Shown here in pieces: positions 60,966 to 64,000 of a stretch of 64,000 bases of DNA (positions within the stretch are counted from its first letter, which is position 1; each line of letters starts with the position of its first letter). Position numbers and translations under genes: made by a program. The stretch is from Octopus vulgaris. Taxonomy: Eukaryota. The notes beneath the pieces are model-generated. The model was not told where the DNA came from. It saw only the letters and a program-made list of their open reading frames with translations, and did not search any database. The stretch is from positions 110,360,001 through 110,424,000 of the forward strand of contig OX597815.1 of the NCBI GenBank assembly GCA_951406725.2, written 5' to 3'.

Positions 60966-63476
60966 ATGTTGTTGTAGTTATCGTCGTCGTTGTCGTTGTT
61001 GCTGATGTTTAGCTCTAGGTTAGCCTTGGTCGAGCAGCTCTATGATCCAAAGACATTTTGCATGTTTCTTTCACGTCTTTATTTTTATGCCTCCATGATT
61101 ACTTAATCCAACAGAAAACTCCTTGTCTTTTCTGAAGAAGGCAGAATATGATTGATTTGATATACATTTAATTGCAATATCTAGTACGTAGAAGGATCAC
61201 ATTGAGCCTCCCTAGTTGATAGCAGTTAATGAACTAATCACTATGGAAAATACTTTTCTTTCTTTTTTTTTTTGTCTTTCCACGTTTCCTTTAAGTAGAT
61301 AATTATACCAGAGACGATATATTTACGAATTTAGAAATAATCCTAGTTCCAATTTATTTATTTATTTATGTTGAAGACCAGTTATTGGTCATGGAAACTA
61401 ACTTCGCCTGTTCCCAGTGTCCGACAAAATGTTTTACCGTATTTATACTAGTCTTTTAGTTTTATTCTCCAGTTCAGTTTTGCTTTTCATTCTTCTGGGG
61501 TCGACAACTAAAGCGCAACAGTTTTCCAGATATCTTTATGTAGGAGTGCATGGTTAAGAATTTCGAACGATTCTTTTTAGTGTTGTATGTCCTATAGGGT
61601 TAATTGTGTAAGCCCCACAGTATTCTTGTGAAACCAATTTTTCTTTTGAAACCGGAAGAAAGATACAAGATTTCATTAACTATAAATAACTAGGTCTGTA
61701 GAGCGTACATCATTCTGCCTGACGCAAGTCGAAATAACAAAAGTACCCGCTATTCAGTTCTGGCCAAATGTGCTTCCAACTCTAGAAGTTACAATCGGAT
61801 TACACACTGCATTTCAGCAGTACATATTACACCCATGTAGGTGTAACGAAAATGTCTGCATCTAACCATCATGAACATGTCTTAAAACCAATAACCAAAG
61901 GGAAGCAACAGAAAATCGTAACATATTACAATTCCATATACATCGCAAAAGAACTGTCAGAGAAATCGATAAGAGACTTCTGGAGTTCAAGGCACAGGAA
62001 GAAGTTGACCCTCCCCTAAAATTCAGAACTCACAACGCAATCCACGAGGTTGGGAACTGTCCTTGTCATTGGGACTATGTTAAAAATTGTTGTTAAATGA
62101 TGCAATTATTATTGTTACTGATTTAATTTGCTGTGGATATTCCCTATTCGCACATACACATACTTATATATGATCAAAGTCGATCCAGCTTGTAATCATA
62201 CATTTTTTTCCTCTAAAAGTACATCATGTAACAGGTATGAATGAAGTTTCTCATAAGGTCATCAGACAGTGAGCTTCCAGATGACACTGAGAACATTAGC
62301 AACATACTATTTTCGGCATCCTGAAATGGATCGGTCGTCCATCACTCAGTTCTGTGCAGATTTGTGATGTTACCTTACTGAACCCACATACCCTTAGTAG
62401 GATCGATGTGATTAGTGTGACTGAGTCGGAAAAAGAAACCAAGCAAACTTGGTGACCGAGAAATTTCTCCAAGAGCAGGTAAGGCTTACAAAATGTGGCG
62501 GACGTTCTGTAAAGTCTTTCAGGATGTTTTGAAGAAATCTACGAGTGACATGTGTGACAGTATCCTTTCCTATGAGTTATAGAAGGAATAATTTTAGTAC
62601 ATGCCTTGTTTTGGGGACAGAGAATGAAACAAAACGGCAAACAGTCTTCACGAGATTCACATCCCGTCATACGTCTGTACATGGCCCAACAAGTGTAACA
62701 ATTAAGAGCATTTCACTTGATATTGACTGTTGGCATATTGTCAACTTTGTAGCGCAATCTAAGGTGTTCCTAAGTGGGAAAGTGACAAGAATTGATATGC
62801 GGTTAAGCATATCAGGATGAAGTTGCACATCCTTATAACCCCTGAAGACTACTGAGCCATTGTAGAAATGTGTTTCGTCGTAGGCACAGAAGCACGAGCA
62901 ATAATCACGACGGTCTAATTTGTGACGTAAAATGTCACTTAAAGGCTCTCTGCCTCAAGGAGCAGGAATGTTAGTGAACGACAGAGACCGATACAACAAA
63001 AGAATTGGTAATAGAAGCAGATGCCGTGGTTCCTTTTCAAAATGCACTGCTAGTGGAAGCATCGGAAATAGCGGAAGAAACGCCTCATCCTTGGTGCAGT
63101 AGTGGGTAATGTTGAAAACTATCTCAAGAGGACCACCCTGTCCCCTTGCAGCAACAGAAAACAAATAAAGTCTGGGAAGGAATAAAAGGGCCTTTCGAGA
63201 AAAAAATTTAAAAAGAACGATGAAACAGGAATTTGATGACAAAAAGCAAAATACCATCACCTCAATCTACAGAATTGCACGATGTCCACGATCGAGAAGT
63301 TGAGCAACATCTACCTCAGATTAGAGGTGTGCATCAATAAAATCAATAACCAGGGAGATGTACTATATGAAGATAAAAAGTTAGAGCCTTTATACAGAAG
63401 ACATGCTGCCGATAGAATATTGGGGAAAGCTATATAAAAATTTACCACAGCATGAAAGTAGATGGGTGTTTTTTTA

Positions 63477-63952
63477 TATATACGAAGCCCAGTATACCCA
63501 TCATGACTACCCGTCTGATAAGGGTACACTTGGCACATGCATAACAACCATATGTGCGCGACATGGTGATCTCATATCAAGATAAACAGCACATGACCTT
63601 GCAGGTGGAGCTCAGTTAGAATTTTCTTCTAGTCGAGTAACCCATCCCGCTCAAAAGGTCCCTGAATAAGGGTTGCTTAAGGATGTTGAACGAACCACCC
63701 GTGTTTCCAAAGGTGAATTATCCAAACCTCTAAGAATTCCTTTAAACACACGGCTATGATGCTCTTCCACTACTACTGCTTGTGATCAGAGATGCACATA
63801 TCGTCAGCCACTAAGGGACATGCTCAACTGGTTAATTTGTGGTATTGAGCAGAATATTTGCTGTAGCCCAAGACAAAACAATGTACATGATAACACTTCC
63901 AGTCAGTTAAGATCAGGAGCCTTGAGAGCCACTGTCCGGTACTGCATCGGGG

Positions 63953-63953
<1 letters not shown>
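63477..63953 (-). mobile_element. Second copy of the ~540 bp (AAT)n-associated element
   Basis: Reverse complement of 16998-17492; 5' end abuts (AAT)n. Confidence 0.85.

Positions 63954-64000
<47 letters not shown>

Noticed and set aside
62240-62275. Reverse-strand CTGATGA-ccttatga-GAAAC
   Set aside because: Stems I, II and III cannot be formed; probably chance
62380-63470. Purine-rich stretch that might be a LINE ORF1 relic
   Set aside because: No motif could be read with confidence

Overview
Eukaryotic (animal) DNA, very AT-rich and dominated by microsatellites ((TA)n, (CA)n, (ATGT)n, (ATCT)n, (AAT)n). The SINE families and repeat style look like an octopus/cephalopod genome; this is inference, not database-checked. 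No complete host gene is visible. Almost all track ORFs are microsatellite artefacts, and only one plausible internal exon was found (54457-54576, +). The rest is mostly decayed transposable elements: two SINE families, Tc1/mariner/maT relics and MITEs, R4/Dong-like RLE LINEs stacked in (AAT)n arrays, an RTE LINE with a PHD-like finger inside ORF2, CR1-like LINE ends and two Penelope-like elements (PLEs). The main hidden signal is about 15 type-I hammerhead-ribozyme-like motifs (CUGANGA...GAAAC, many with palindromic stem III) from about 10 unrelated short repeat families. They mostly lie near (TA)n or other microsatellites and several are in inverted pairs. One (49735-49781) has an intact core. 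This points to a diverse population of PLE pseudo-LTR/retrozyme-like elements.
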